From an uncultured Anaerolineae bacterium (GTDB lineage: Bacteria; Chloroflexota; Anaerolineae; Aggregatilineales; J027): a stretch of 56,688 nt of DNA. A program made the position numbers and the translations under genes. The notes beneath the pieces were generated by a model that saw nothing but the letters and a program-made list of their open reading frames with translations, did no database searches and was not told the DNA's origin. The stretch's first letter is position 1, and the number at the start of each line of letters is the position of its first letter. Shown here in pieces: positions 41,412-48,608 of the stretch. Location of the stretch: contig CAZKZS010000002.1 in the NCBI GenBank assembly GCA_964557285.1, positions 1 through 56,688 of the forward strand, in the 5' to 3' direction.

Positions 41412-42530
41412 ATGAGCAGTTTACAGCAGGAACACAATGCCATTCTCAGCGAGATCGAGGGGCAGGTGGTGGGTTTGAATGTGGGCAACGGCTTCGTCAA
41501 GGGGACGAACGGCGCCGCCCGGCTGCCCGTGATTCCGTCGGTGGTGTCGGTCATGAATGAGATGGTCGAGTATGAGGAAAACTACTCGCCGGACGACATC
41601 CTGATCGAGTACCAGGGGGTGCGGTATGCGGTGGGATACACCACCCACCGGCTTGGCTCGGCGGCGGTGCCGGATATGTCCGGCGAGCGGATGATGTCCA
41701 GCGACTACCTGATTTTGTTTCTGGCGGCGCTCTCCCTCCTGGACCCCGGCGACAAACGCCGGAACGGGGATTTTGTGCCGGCGCGGGTGGTGCTGGTGGC
41801 ACCCCTCTCCAGCTACAACCGCAACCGGAAGCAGATCAAAAAGTACCTGGCCGGTTCCCACCAGGTCGGCGTCATCCAGAGCGGGCGCCTCCGGCGGACC
41901 GTGACGATCCACATCAGCGAGGACATGCTGAAAATTATCCCGGAAGGCCGGGGCACGCTGGCCTCGCTGACCCTGACCGACGAGGGGCTGCCGGTGGACC
42001 CGGACGGCTACAGCACCCGCACGGTCGGGATCGTGCAGGTTGGCACCCGCACCACCGAGGGCCTGTTTTACGAGCGCTCCCTGCCGAACGACTCGCGGTC
42101 GTGGGGGCTGTCCAAAGTCGGGCTGTCAACGGCCTGGAAGCACCTTCAGGACTATGCCCGCAACCGCCACAACTTCGAGTTGGATATGTACCAGGCCGAT
42201 GAAGCCCTGAAGGCGGGCGGGTTTTACATCGGCAAAAAATGGATCGACCTGGGTGAGGAGGAGCGGAAGGACTCCTTTATCGCCAATGTGGCCCGGCAGG
42301 TTGGCAATGAACTGGCGACCCGCTGGCAGAACGGCGAGGATACCTACCATTTGCTGCTGTCGGGCGGTGGGACGGAGGATGTCTATCCCTACCTGCGCCA
42401 GCGCTTCCCACATCTCACGCGGGTCAAAGACCCGGTGTATGCCGAGGCGGTTGGCGCCTGGAAATACGGCCTCTTCTCTGTGCTGAACGAGATGGGGATT
42501 ATCAAAAGGTACGTTGATGAACAGCAATAA
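41412..42530 (+). CDS. parM: ParM/StbA-like actin-fold segregation ATPase
   Basis: GLNVGNGFVKGTNG (phosphate-1) and HLLLSGGGTEDVYPYL (adenosine/GGG motif). 372 aa. Confidence 0.7.
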   Translation: MSSLQQEHNAILSEIEGQVVGLNVGNGFVKGTNGAARLPVIPSVVSVMNEMVEYEENYSPDDILIEYQGVRYAVGYTTHRLGSAAVPDMSGERMMSSDYLILFLAALSLLDPGDKRRNGDFVPARVVLVAPLSSYNRNRKQIKKYLAGSHQVGVIQSGRLRRTVTIHISEDMLKIIPEGRGTLASLTLTDEGLPVDPDGYSTRTVGIVQVGTRTTEGLFYERSLPNDSRSWGLSKVGLSTAWKHLQDYARNRHNFELDMYQADEALKAGGFYIGKKWIDLGEEERKDSFIANVARQVGNELATRWQNGEDTYHLLLSGGGTEDVYPYLRQRFPHLTRVKDPVYAEAVGAWKYGLFSVLNEMGIIKRYVDEQQ

Positions 42531-42885
42531 AAGAAACCACCGGGATCGGCGCCAGCGCTCCGTCTGGTTCGCGGAGACGGCGCAAGAAAATGCGCTGCAT
42601 GAACTGGTCTGCCAGATGGAAGACCAAAGAATTGAGTTTCGCTTCTGGGTCAAGCAGGTGCTGGCGCAGCTGCTGGATGGCAGCCTGACGTTCAACCGGA
42701 ACACCATGCGGTTTGAGGCAGGCGCCGAGTCGCCCAGCGAAGTGCTGGCGAAGCTGGACGAAATTCTCCTGCGGATGCGGAGCGGCCAGCTGGTCATGAC
42801 GACGGATGTGCCTACCGCGCCGAACCAGGTGCAGGTCAGCCGGACGATCTTCGAGGCGTTTGCGGAGATGGAAGCCGATGATTGA
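42517..42885 (+). CDS. ParR-like adaptor candidate
   Basis: Basic N-terminus, RSVWFAETAQENALHEL (possible RHH) and an acidic tail. It overlaps the parM 3' end. 122 aa. Confidence 0.35.
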   Translation: MNSNKRNHRDRRQRSVWFAETAQENALHELVCQMEDQRIEFRFWVKQVLAQLLDGSLTFNRNTMRFEAGAESPSEVLAKLDEILLRMRSGQLVMTTDVPTAPNQVQVSRTIFEAFAEMEADD

Positions 42886-43051
42886 CGATCCTGGAGCCGT
42901 CGAGGAACGGCTGCGCCGCCGCAAGCTGGTCTTTAAGCCCCGCCAGGTGCGCGTGTTCCGGCAGGTGCGCCGGCGGTCGTTCAAAAGAAAAGGGATGGGA
43001 GATGGACGGAAGCAACGGATCCGCGAAAAGTACGGTGAGACTGCTCCCTGA
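42878..43051 (+). CDS. Small highly basic protein
   Basis: ATG at 42878 overlaps the upstream stop. High third-position G+C. 57 aa, rich in R/K. Confidence 0.45.
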   Translation: MIDDPGAVEERLRRRKLVFKPRQVRVFRQVRRRSFKRKGMGDGRKQRIREKYGETAP

Positions 43052-43169
43052 TGCCCAGGCGCCTGCCCAGGTGGTGAGTGTGGCCGGGGTGTGGGGCTGC
43101 ATCCTGACACTGGCGGCATGGCTTGGCGCCGCCGGGCTGCTGCTGCTGGTCAAGCTGCTGTGGGGGTGA
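43035..43169 (+). CDS. Possible small single-pass membrane protein
   Basis: GTG start. The frame shows high GC3. VVSVAGVWGCILTLAAWLGAAGLLLLVKLLWG. The start is uncertain. Confidence 0.3.
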   Translation: MRLLPDAQAPAQVVSVAGVWGCILTLAAWLGAAGLLLLVKLLWG

Positions 43170-44020
43170 GTGTGGAGAAACAAAAATACCCGCACGCGGA
43201 GATGCTGGATACGGCGGCGCTGCTGGCGCATTGGCTGGCCTCAACATGCCGCCGTTTTGCGTTCGCGGGGTCGCTGCGGCGCGGGGCCGCCTGGGTCGGC
43301 GATATCGAGGTGGTGGCGGTGCCCGGCCCCGATACCCGGCCTGTGCTGGATGACCTGCTGGCGCAAGGCGTCCTCCGCAAGCGCCTGAACGTGAAGGGGA
43401 AACCCATCGGCTGGGGCGAGGAAAACCGCCACGCCGAGTTCTGGGATGGGGGGTATCAGCGCTGGGTGGCGGTTGATTTTTTTCTCACGACATATGAGCA
43501 GTGGGGCATCTATTTTGCGATCCGCACAGGGGACGCGGACGTGTCGCGGCTGCTGGTGACCAACCGGAGCGGCGGTGGACTGCTGCCGGAACCCATGATG
43601 GTCAAAGACTGGCGGCTGTGGAAGCTGCCCTACCCGCGTGTCCCTGGCGAGAATATGGTCCCGGAAGGAAGTGTCTGTCTGCTGACGCGGGAGGAGGTGG
43701 ATGTGTTCCGCTTTCTAAACCTGCCCTACATCGCCCCGTTCAAGCGATATGTGTCAGAGGTGCAGGCCATCCAGCGCTACAACTGGGGGGCACTCGTGGC
43801 GGCGTTGGACGGGCATAAAGACTGGCGGGTAAAGGAGGAGGAATATTTTTTCCGGGGTCAGCGACAGGCCCTGGCTGTGTACGTCAAAGACGCACTGCGG
43901 GGTTACGCGGCGTCCGGTGCCTGGCCGGCGGTCGGGGCGCGGCCAGGGGATACGGTGTACAGCCCGGACGGGCTGCCGTACCCGCTGCGGGCGATTCTGA
44001 ATCGACGGGAGGATGTATGA
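43166..44020 (+). CDS. Pol-beta-superfamily nucleotidyltransferase (Pol X-like palm) protein
   Basis: FAGSLRRGAAWVGDIEVV matches the GS..RRG...GD[IV][DE] NTase motif. The GTG at 43166 overlaps the upstream TGA. The first ATG is at 43202. Confidence 0.55.
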   Translation: MSVEKQKYPHAEMLDTAALLAHWLASTCRRFAFAGSLRRGAAWVGDIEVVAVPGPDTRPVLDDLLAQGVLRKRLNVKGKPIGWGEENRHAEFWDGGYQRWVAVDFFLTTYEQWGIYFAIRTGDADVSRLLVTNRSGGGLLPEPMMVKDWRLWKLPYPRVPGENMVPEGSVCLLTREEVDVFRFLNLPYIAPFKRYVSEVQAIQRYNWGALVAALDGHKDWRVKEEEYFFRGQRQALAVYVKDALRGYAASGAWPAVGARPGDTVYSPDGLPYPLRAILNRREDV

Positions 44021-44940
44021 CGGGAAAATCAGTGATGCTGGCGCCGGTCTTCGACTATACCGTGCTGACGGCAGACGAAGCGGCGTTTTTGGAAGAAGCC
44101 CGCGATTTCATCCGGGCGCGGTATGCACTCACTTATCAGCTGGTGGTCGAGATCGGCGCCCGGCTGATTGCCGTGCGAAACCGGATTCAGGACGGCACCT
44201 GGCTGGCCTGGGTGCGGGCTGAACTGCCGTTCTCGGAAGACACAGCAGAAAATTATATCAATGTCGCCAGGTATCTGCCCCAGGTGCCGGAGCAGGCGGT
44301 GTCGCAGTTCCAGATCGCCGCGCTGTATCGGCTGGCCTCGCCCAACGTGCCGGAGGAGGCGCGGCAGGCCGCCGTGAATCGTGCCAGCCAGGGGTTCCGG
44401 GTCGATAAAGACGAAGCCTATATCCTCTCCCATGCAGACCCGGACACACGGCGGCGGTATTTCAACGGCGAACTTCCCAAGCAGCAGGCCAAAGCGCTGG
44501 TGGAGGCACTGAACCACAAAGGGCTGCCGCCAGTGGTCCGCCGCTTCTGTTTACAGCAGCGGGTCAGTGACGCCGCTGTGGTGCGGTATCTGGCGCAGGC
44601 ATGGTTTGACCGGGAGCGGACGCGGCACCACAAACAGCCGCGCACGACCTGGGACGACCTGGTGGAAGACGGGGCGCTGAACGGGGACGGCTGGGCCGTG
44701 CCCCTGTCGATGGCGAACGAGCGAGATTTGCAGGTCTTCGTGAAGGAGCGCCAGCGGCACCATATCATCGAGGCGATGGAGGAGAAGTGGGAACAGCGGA
44801 TGGGGCGAGGACGGTTGACCCGCGTCCATGGGCAGCTGGTGGTGGCTGACCTCAGCCCGGTGCTGCTGGAGGTCTTTGGGCGTTATGAAGGGGAAGAAGT
44901 CGAAATCCAGATCCGGGTGAGAAAAAAAGCGGGCGGCTGA
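44017..44940 (+). CDS. DUF3102-like protein
   Basis: IGARLIAVRNRIQDGTWLAWVRAELPFSEDTAENYINVARY pattern. 307 aa. Tentative. Confidence 0.35.
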   Translation: MTGKSVMLAPVFDYTVLTADEAAFLEEARDFIRARYALTYQLVVEIGARLIAVRNRIQDGTWLAWVRAELPFSEDTAENYINVARYLPQVPEQAVSQFQIAALYRLASPNVPEEARQAAVNRASQGFRVDKDEAYILSHADPDTRRRYFNGELPKQQAKALVEALNHKGLPPVVRRFCLQQRVSDAAVVRYLAQAWFDRERTRHHKQPRTTWDDLVEDGALNGDGWAVPLSMANERDLQVFVKERQRHHIIEAMEEKWEQRMGRGRLTRVHGQLVVADLSPVLLEVFGRYEGEEVEIQIRVRKKAGG

Positions 44941-44962
44941 GATTCCAAGCCGCCTGTTCCGC

Positions 44963-45253
44963 TCACTCGCCAGCGGGCTGCTGGCGCTCCTGGAGCAGGG
45001 TTTCCAGCTTCAGCAGTTTGGCCCGCAGGGCGTCGAGTTCCTGAGTCAGCGCCGCATCGGTTTCGGCCAGCCGGTGAATTTCCTCGGTGTGGGTATCCCC
45101 CGGTTTTCCCAGACGTTCAGCGAGTTCCTGAGCCAGTTTCAGCGCGGTCGGCACCCAGGAATCGGCCCGGTTGACCGCCTGCCAGGCGCCCAGGAAGGTG
45201 CCGGCGAAGACCCCCAGCGCGGCCAGCAGGGCTTCAAGGTTGGAGTTTTTCAT
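44963..45253 (-). CDS. Small membrane protein with C-terminal coiled coil
   Basis: Internal ATG at 45251-45253. LLAALGVFAGTFLGAW TM segment. 96 aa. Confidence 0.5.
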   Translation of the reverse strand: MKNSNLEALLAALGVFAGTFLGAWQAVNRADSWVPTALKLAQELAERLGKPGDTHTEEIHRLAETDAALTQELDALRAKLLKLETLLQERQQPAGE

Positions 45254-45719
45254 ACACCCCTTCCAATCGACGCCGCAGATCGGCCACTTCCGAGGTTCGC
45301 AGATCAAAGAGATACTGCGCCCGGAAAGAGGAGGCGAGCAGCCACAGCAGGCCGCCGGAGATGACAGCTGCCTGGTAGTCATTCAGCGCCGCCAGCAGCC
45401 AGTTGTTCCCTACAACGGCGAAGTTGGTCAGAATGTAGAGGGTCAGCGGCAGGTTAATGAGGACAAACTGAAGCGGGCGCGGCTGCGAAGTCAGGAACAT
45501 GGCGAAGGTCGCCAGCAGGAACATCAGGCCAACGCCCTGTTTGGTCACCAGGCCCAGCGTGAGGGTGTGGATCAGATCGGTGACCTCGGTCGCCGGGCCG
45601 GAATATAGGGCGATAGTCATCCCTAGATTCACGGAGAAGGCCGCTGTCCGAGGTAGCAAAAGTTTGTTGAGGAATGCGGACAGCGCGGACGGCGCCGTCG
45701 CGGGGGATTGGATGGTCAT
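45234..45719 (-). CDS. Multi-pass membrane protein
   Basis: ATG at 45717-45719 with a GGGAG RBS. 3-4 hydrophobic segments. 161 aa. Confidence 0.55.
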   Translation of the reverse strand: MTIQSPATAPSALSAFLNKLLLPRTAAFSVNLGMTIALYSGPATEVTDLIHTLTLGLVTKQGVGLMFLLATFAMFLTSQPRPLQFVLINLPLTLYILTNFAVVGNNWLLAALNDYQAAVISGGLLWLLASSFRAQYLFDLRTSEVADLRRRLEGVYEKLQP

Positions 45720-45897
45720 TGGTTTGGCTCCCATAAGCGAAAGCGGTGAGGATGAAAGAAGGAAGCCTCACCGCTGTATTTCGCACGCCCGACGGCGGTA
45801 AACCGCCAAGCGCCAGCACAATTTCATTTTAAAGCTAAACCGCATGGGCGTCAAACCTCAAGTGGACTAGAACACAGGTTCTACGGGAGACGAGAGT

Positions 45898-45910
45898 CCG
45901 AACCGTTCGG
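45898..45910. repeat. Palindrome copy CCGAACCGTTCGG (GTCCGAACCGTTCGGAA)
   Basis: Exact core in the divergent region between the membrane-protein operon and P9. Confidence 0.9.
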
Positions 45911-45948
45911 AAATGGGTCTTTTCATGCCAAATTCTAACGCTTAACCC

Positions 45949-45977
45949 TTTACACAAGCTACACAAAAGTGTAGGAT
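45949..45977 (+). promoter_or_regulatory. Promoter P9 with operator CTACAC-AAAA-GTGTAG
   Basis: -35 TTTACA, 17-nt spacer, -10 TAGGAT (45972-77). Palindrome at 45959-45974. Confidence 0.75.
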
Positions 45978-46016
45978 GATATTAGCACACACACCAAGAA
46001 AGAAGGGCACAAGCGT

Positions 46017-46559
46017 ATGGCCGAATATATCTCTGTTCAATGCCCTGACTGCCAGGAATGGCGAAACATCCGGGCGCGTGACCTGCATAAAGTGACGCGC
46101 TGCCAGCGCTGCCATATGCGGCGGATCGCCGCGAAAGGCTGGGCCAAAACCGCCCTCCTGTATGGCACGAAATTTGCGGTTGAAAAACGGCGTGCGTGGG
46201 CGCTCCGCAACCCCTCCAGCCTGGAGCAGCGGGTGATGCGGGCGCTGAATACGCTGGGCGTTTCTTACGAGCGGGAATACTGGTTAGAAGACCAGGATAC
46301 CGGGAAGGTGGTCCTGGTCGATTTTTTGGTGGGCGGCGCGGCCGCGATTGAAGTCGACGGCACCTGGGCACACCAGTTCCATGCCGAGCGGGATGCCTGG
46401 CGGCAGGCGTTGATCACGAGCGCGGGGTATCCACTGCTGGTGCTGGACGAATCGACGGTGAAAGACCCGGAGCAGCTGCGTCGGTACCTGGGAATGGGCG
46501 TGACCACGCCGCCGCGATCCCGCGTGCGGATGTCCGCCTTACAGCCAGTGCTGCTGTGA
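46017..46559 (+). CDS. DUF559/Vsr-like (restriction-endonuclease fold) protein with N-terminal Zn ribbon
   Basis: CPDCQ...CQRCH. SLEQRVMRALNTLGVSYEREYWL...VDFLV...AIEVDGTWAH...D..R...L...GYPLLVL. Confidence 0.6.
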   Translation: MAEYISVQCPDCQEWRNIRARDLHKVTRCQRCHMRRIAAKGWAKTALLYGTKFAVEKRRAWALRNPSSLEQRVMRALNTLGVSYEREYWLEDQDTGKVVLVDFLVGGAAAIEVDGTWAHQFHAERDAWRQALITSAGYPLLVLDESTVKDPEQLRRYLGMGVTTPPRSRVRMSALQPVLL

Positions 46560-46568
46560 GGGGCGGCT

Positions 46569-47480
46569 ATGAACAACATTCTACTCCCGGAAGCAGTCGC
46601 CGGCGCGTTGCAGCGCGGGGCACCGCTGCTGGTGCATTGTTCCGGCGGCAAAGACTCTGACGCGATGCTGCTGGCAGTGTCGGCGGCACGCGCTCGCTGC
46701 GGCTGGCCGGGCCGCTTTCTGGTGGTTCACTGCGACCTCGGTCGCATGGAATGGCCGCAGAGCCTTCCTCATACCGAGCAAATGGCGGCAGCCGTCGGCG
46801 CGGAAATGGTCGTCCTGCGGCGCGAGTTTGACCTGCTGGAAGGCATAGAGCGGCGGCGGGACAAGATGCGGGCCGATGGCAAAAGTGGCCCGTTCTGGCC
46901 GGATGCGCGGTCGCGCTACTGCACGAGCGATTGGAAGCGCGATGTGACGGACCGCTGGATACGCCAGCAGTGGCCTCGTGACGCCGAGGTCATCAACGCG
47001 ATTGGCCTGCGTGCCGAGGAGAGCGCGGCTCGGAAACGGCGGGCAGTGGTCGTGAGTCGGAACTCGTGTGCGCCGTCCTATGGTCGCCAGGTCAACGACT
47101 GGCTGCCGATCCACCATTGGACCGAGCCGGAGGTGTGGGCACAGCTGGGGGTGTCGATGGCATATCTGGCATGGGTGCGCCAGCAGGTGCGGGACGGGCA
47201 GACACCCGACGCGCTGGGCTGGACCTGGCACCCAGCCTATGCCTACGGCAACCAGCGGGTCAGCTGTATGCTGTGCGTCTTAGCGAACCGGAACGACCAC
47301 CGCAACGGGGCCGCGCACAATCCTGCGCTGTATCGCCACCTGGTCGATCTGGAGCTTGAAAGCGGCTACAGCTTCCAGAATGGGCGCTGGTTGGCCGATC
47401 TGTCCCCCGACCTGCTACGCCCGGATCAACGGACCAGACGGGACGTGATGAAAACAGAAGCCACGCCGGTACTGATTTAG
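46569..47480 (+). CDS. PAPS-reductase-family PP-loop protein (DndC/IbrA-like)
   Basis: PP-loop VHCSGGKDSDAM, RYCTSDWKRD and a C-terminal SCMLCVLAN Cys pair. 303 aa. Confidence 0.75.
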   Translation: MNNILLPEAVAGALQRGAPLLVHCSGGKDSDAMLLAVSAARARCGWPGRFLVVHCDLGRMEWPQSLPHTEQMAAAVGAEMVVLRREFDLLEGIERRRDKMRADGKSGPFWPDARSRYCTSDWKRDVTDRWIRQQWPRDAEVINAIGLRAEESAARKRRAVVVSRNSCAPSYGRQVNDWLPIHHWTEPEVWAQLGVSMAYLAWVRQQVRDGQTPDALGWTWHPAYAYGNQRVSCMLCVLANRNDHRNGAAHNPALYRHLVDLELESGYSFQNGRWLADLSPDLLRPDQRTRRDVMKTEATPVLI

Positions 47481-47489
47481 GAGGATGTC

Positions 47490-47807
47490 ATGAGTTGGAA
47501 GCAGACCGTTAAGAACATGGAAAAAGCGGCGGCGTATGTGCTGGAGCATCCCCAGGACTGGCATACCGCCAGCAGCCTCGCAGACGCGGTGAACGCGCCA
47601 CAGACGGATGTTGAGCATATCGCCCGCAGGCTGCATGGGATGTATCTGCGCGGGGAAATCAAACGCCGCCGCCGCGAGAAACGCACGATTGTGGAATATC
47701 AAGCGAAGGAGAGAAGTTCTGATGGAATCCCAGGTTCTGGTGCTGACACTGGCGCCCGTGCAGATGAGCGAGGGCGCAAGGAAAATCGAGATCGATTATC
47801 TGCGTGA
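47490..47807 (+). CDS. Winged-helix-like small protein
   Basis: AGGAGGA RBS. Its 3' 86 nt overlap the next gene. Confidence 0.5.
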   Translation: MSWKQTVKNMEKAAAYVLEHPQDWHTASSLADAVNAPQTDVEHIARRLHGMYLRGEIKRRRREKRTIVEYQAKERSSDGIPGSGADTGARADERGRKENRDRLSA

Positions 47808-48075
47808 CTTTTATGAGCAGGTCCACGCGAAGCATGTCGAGGCGGTGCTGGAACGCCTACCGGCGCCGAATGCCCTGATGGTTACTGAGGACGGCGAGCG
47901 GGTGGTCTTCATCCAGCGCAACCGGGGCGACCTGGTGGAGGTGTTTATCTTCACCGTTGAAGAATATGCGGCGGGCGGCGATTTTACGCTGGACGTGGAG
48001 TTCTCCCAGATGGGTGAGCCGGCGCTGCTGTCGGTCTACGCGGGCGGGCAGCAAAACCGTGAAAGGGGAGGCTGA
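47722..48075 (+). CDS. Hypothetical protein
   Basis: Internal ATG at 47722 with an AAGGAGAG RBS. 117 aa. Confidence 0.55.
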   Translation: MESQVLVLTLAPVQMSEGARKIEIDYLRDFYEQVHAKHVEAVLERLPAPNALMVTEDGERVVFIQRNRGDLVEVFIFTVEEYAAGGDFTLDVEFSQMGEPALLSVYAGGQQNRERGG

Positions 48076-48077
48076 AG

Positions 48078-48485
48078 ATGAATAAAGTGAAGCTGGTTTT
48101 TGCCGGCAGCCGTCGGGTCGAACAGTTCGTCTATCTGTACTATCCGGTCACCGTCAACGGCGTGCAGGAAGACGCGGCCCAGATGTATCCGGCACAACTG
48201 CTGGATATGCAAATCGGCGAAACCGCCCTGTTTGTCCCCGGCGAAAACGGGGTTGGTGTCCTGACCGGGGACGAAGCCGAGCCGGTGCGAACCGGGGTGC
48301 TGGATGATCCGGCCAGCATCGCCCTGTGGGAGGCGCAGAGTCAGCTGGAGGTGCAGGAGGCGGTCGCCCATGCGATTGAGGTGTTGCTGGCGCTGCTGGC
48401 GCTGCATGAGACGGACGCCAAACGCCGGGAAGCGCTCGGCGCGATTGTCGAGGTGCTGGCCCAGGTAAAATGCGGGCAAACTTGA
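48078..48485 (+). CDS. Hypothetical protein
   Basis: ATG at 48078, GGGGAGG RBS. 135 aa. Confidence 0.55.
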   Translation: MNKVKLVFAGSRRVEQFVYLYYPVTVNGVQEDAAQMYPAQLLDMQIGETALFVPGENGVGVLTGDEAEPVRTGVLDDPASIALWEAQSQLEVQEAVAHAIEVLLALLALHETDAKRREALGAIVEVLAQVKCGQT

Positions 48486-48505
48486 AAATTCCCCTATTTT
48501 ACTCC

Positions 48506-48534
48506 TTGACACACACTACACAACAGTGTAAGAT
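48506..48534 (+). promoter_or_regulatory. Promoter P10 with operator TACAC-AACA-GTGTA
   Basis: -35 TTGACA, 17-nt spacer, -10 TAAGAT. Palindrome at 48517-48530. TTAACAATC box and leader hairpin at 48561-48589. Confidence 0.75.
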
Positions 48535-48608
48535 GTATATACATTAACAATCGACCCCCACACGCGGCGACCAGCACACCGCCCGCGTGGAGAAGAAAGA
48601 AGGAACTC

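Noticed and set aside
42882-43169. 95-aa TTG-initiated ORF spanning two smaller ORFs
   Set aside because: Its first half overlaps the better-supported 42878..43051 frame (ATG, high GC3). Only the C-terminal hydrophobic part shows coding-like third-position bias, so it is reported separately at low confidence.
45868-45883. Palindrome TAGAAC-ACAG-GTTCTA in the divergent region upstream of the membrane-protein operon. A similar case is GAACA-GG-TGTTC at 26988-26999.
   Set aside because: Both are single copies. About a dozen 6-N4-6 palindromes are expected by chance in 57 kb, so this is not enough to call an operator.
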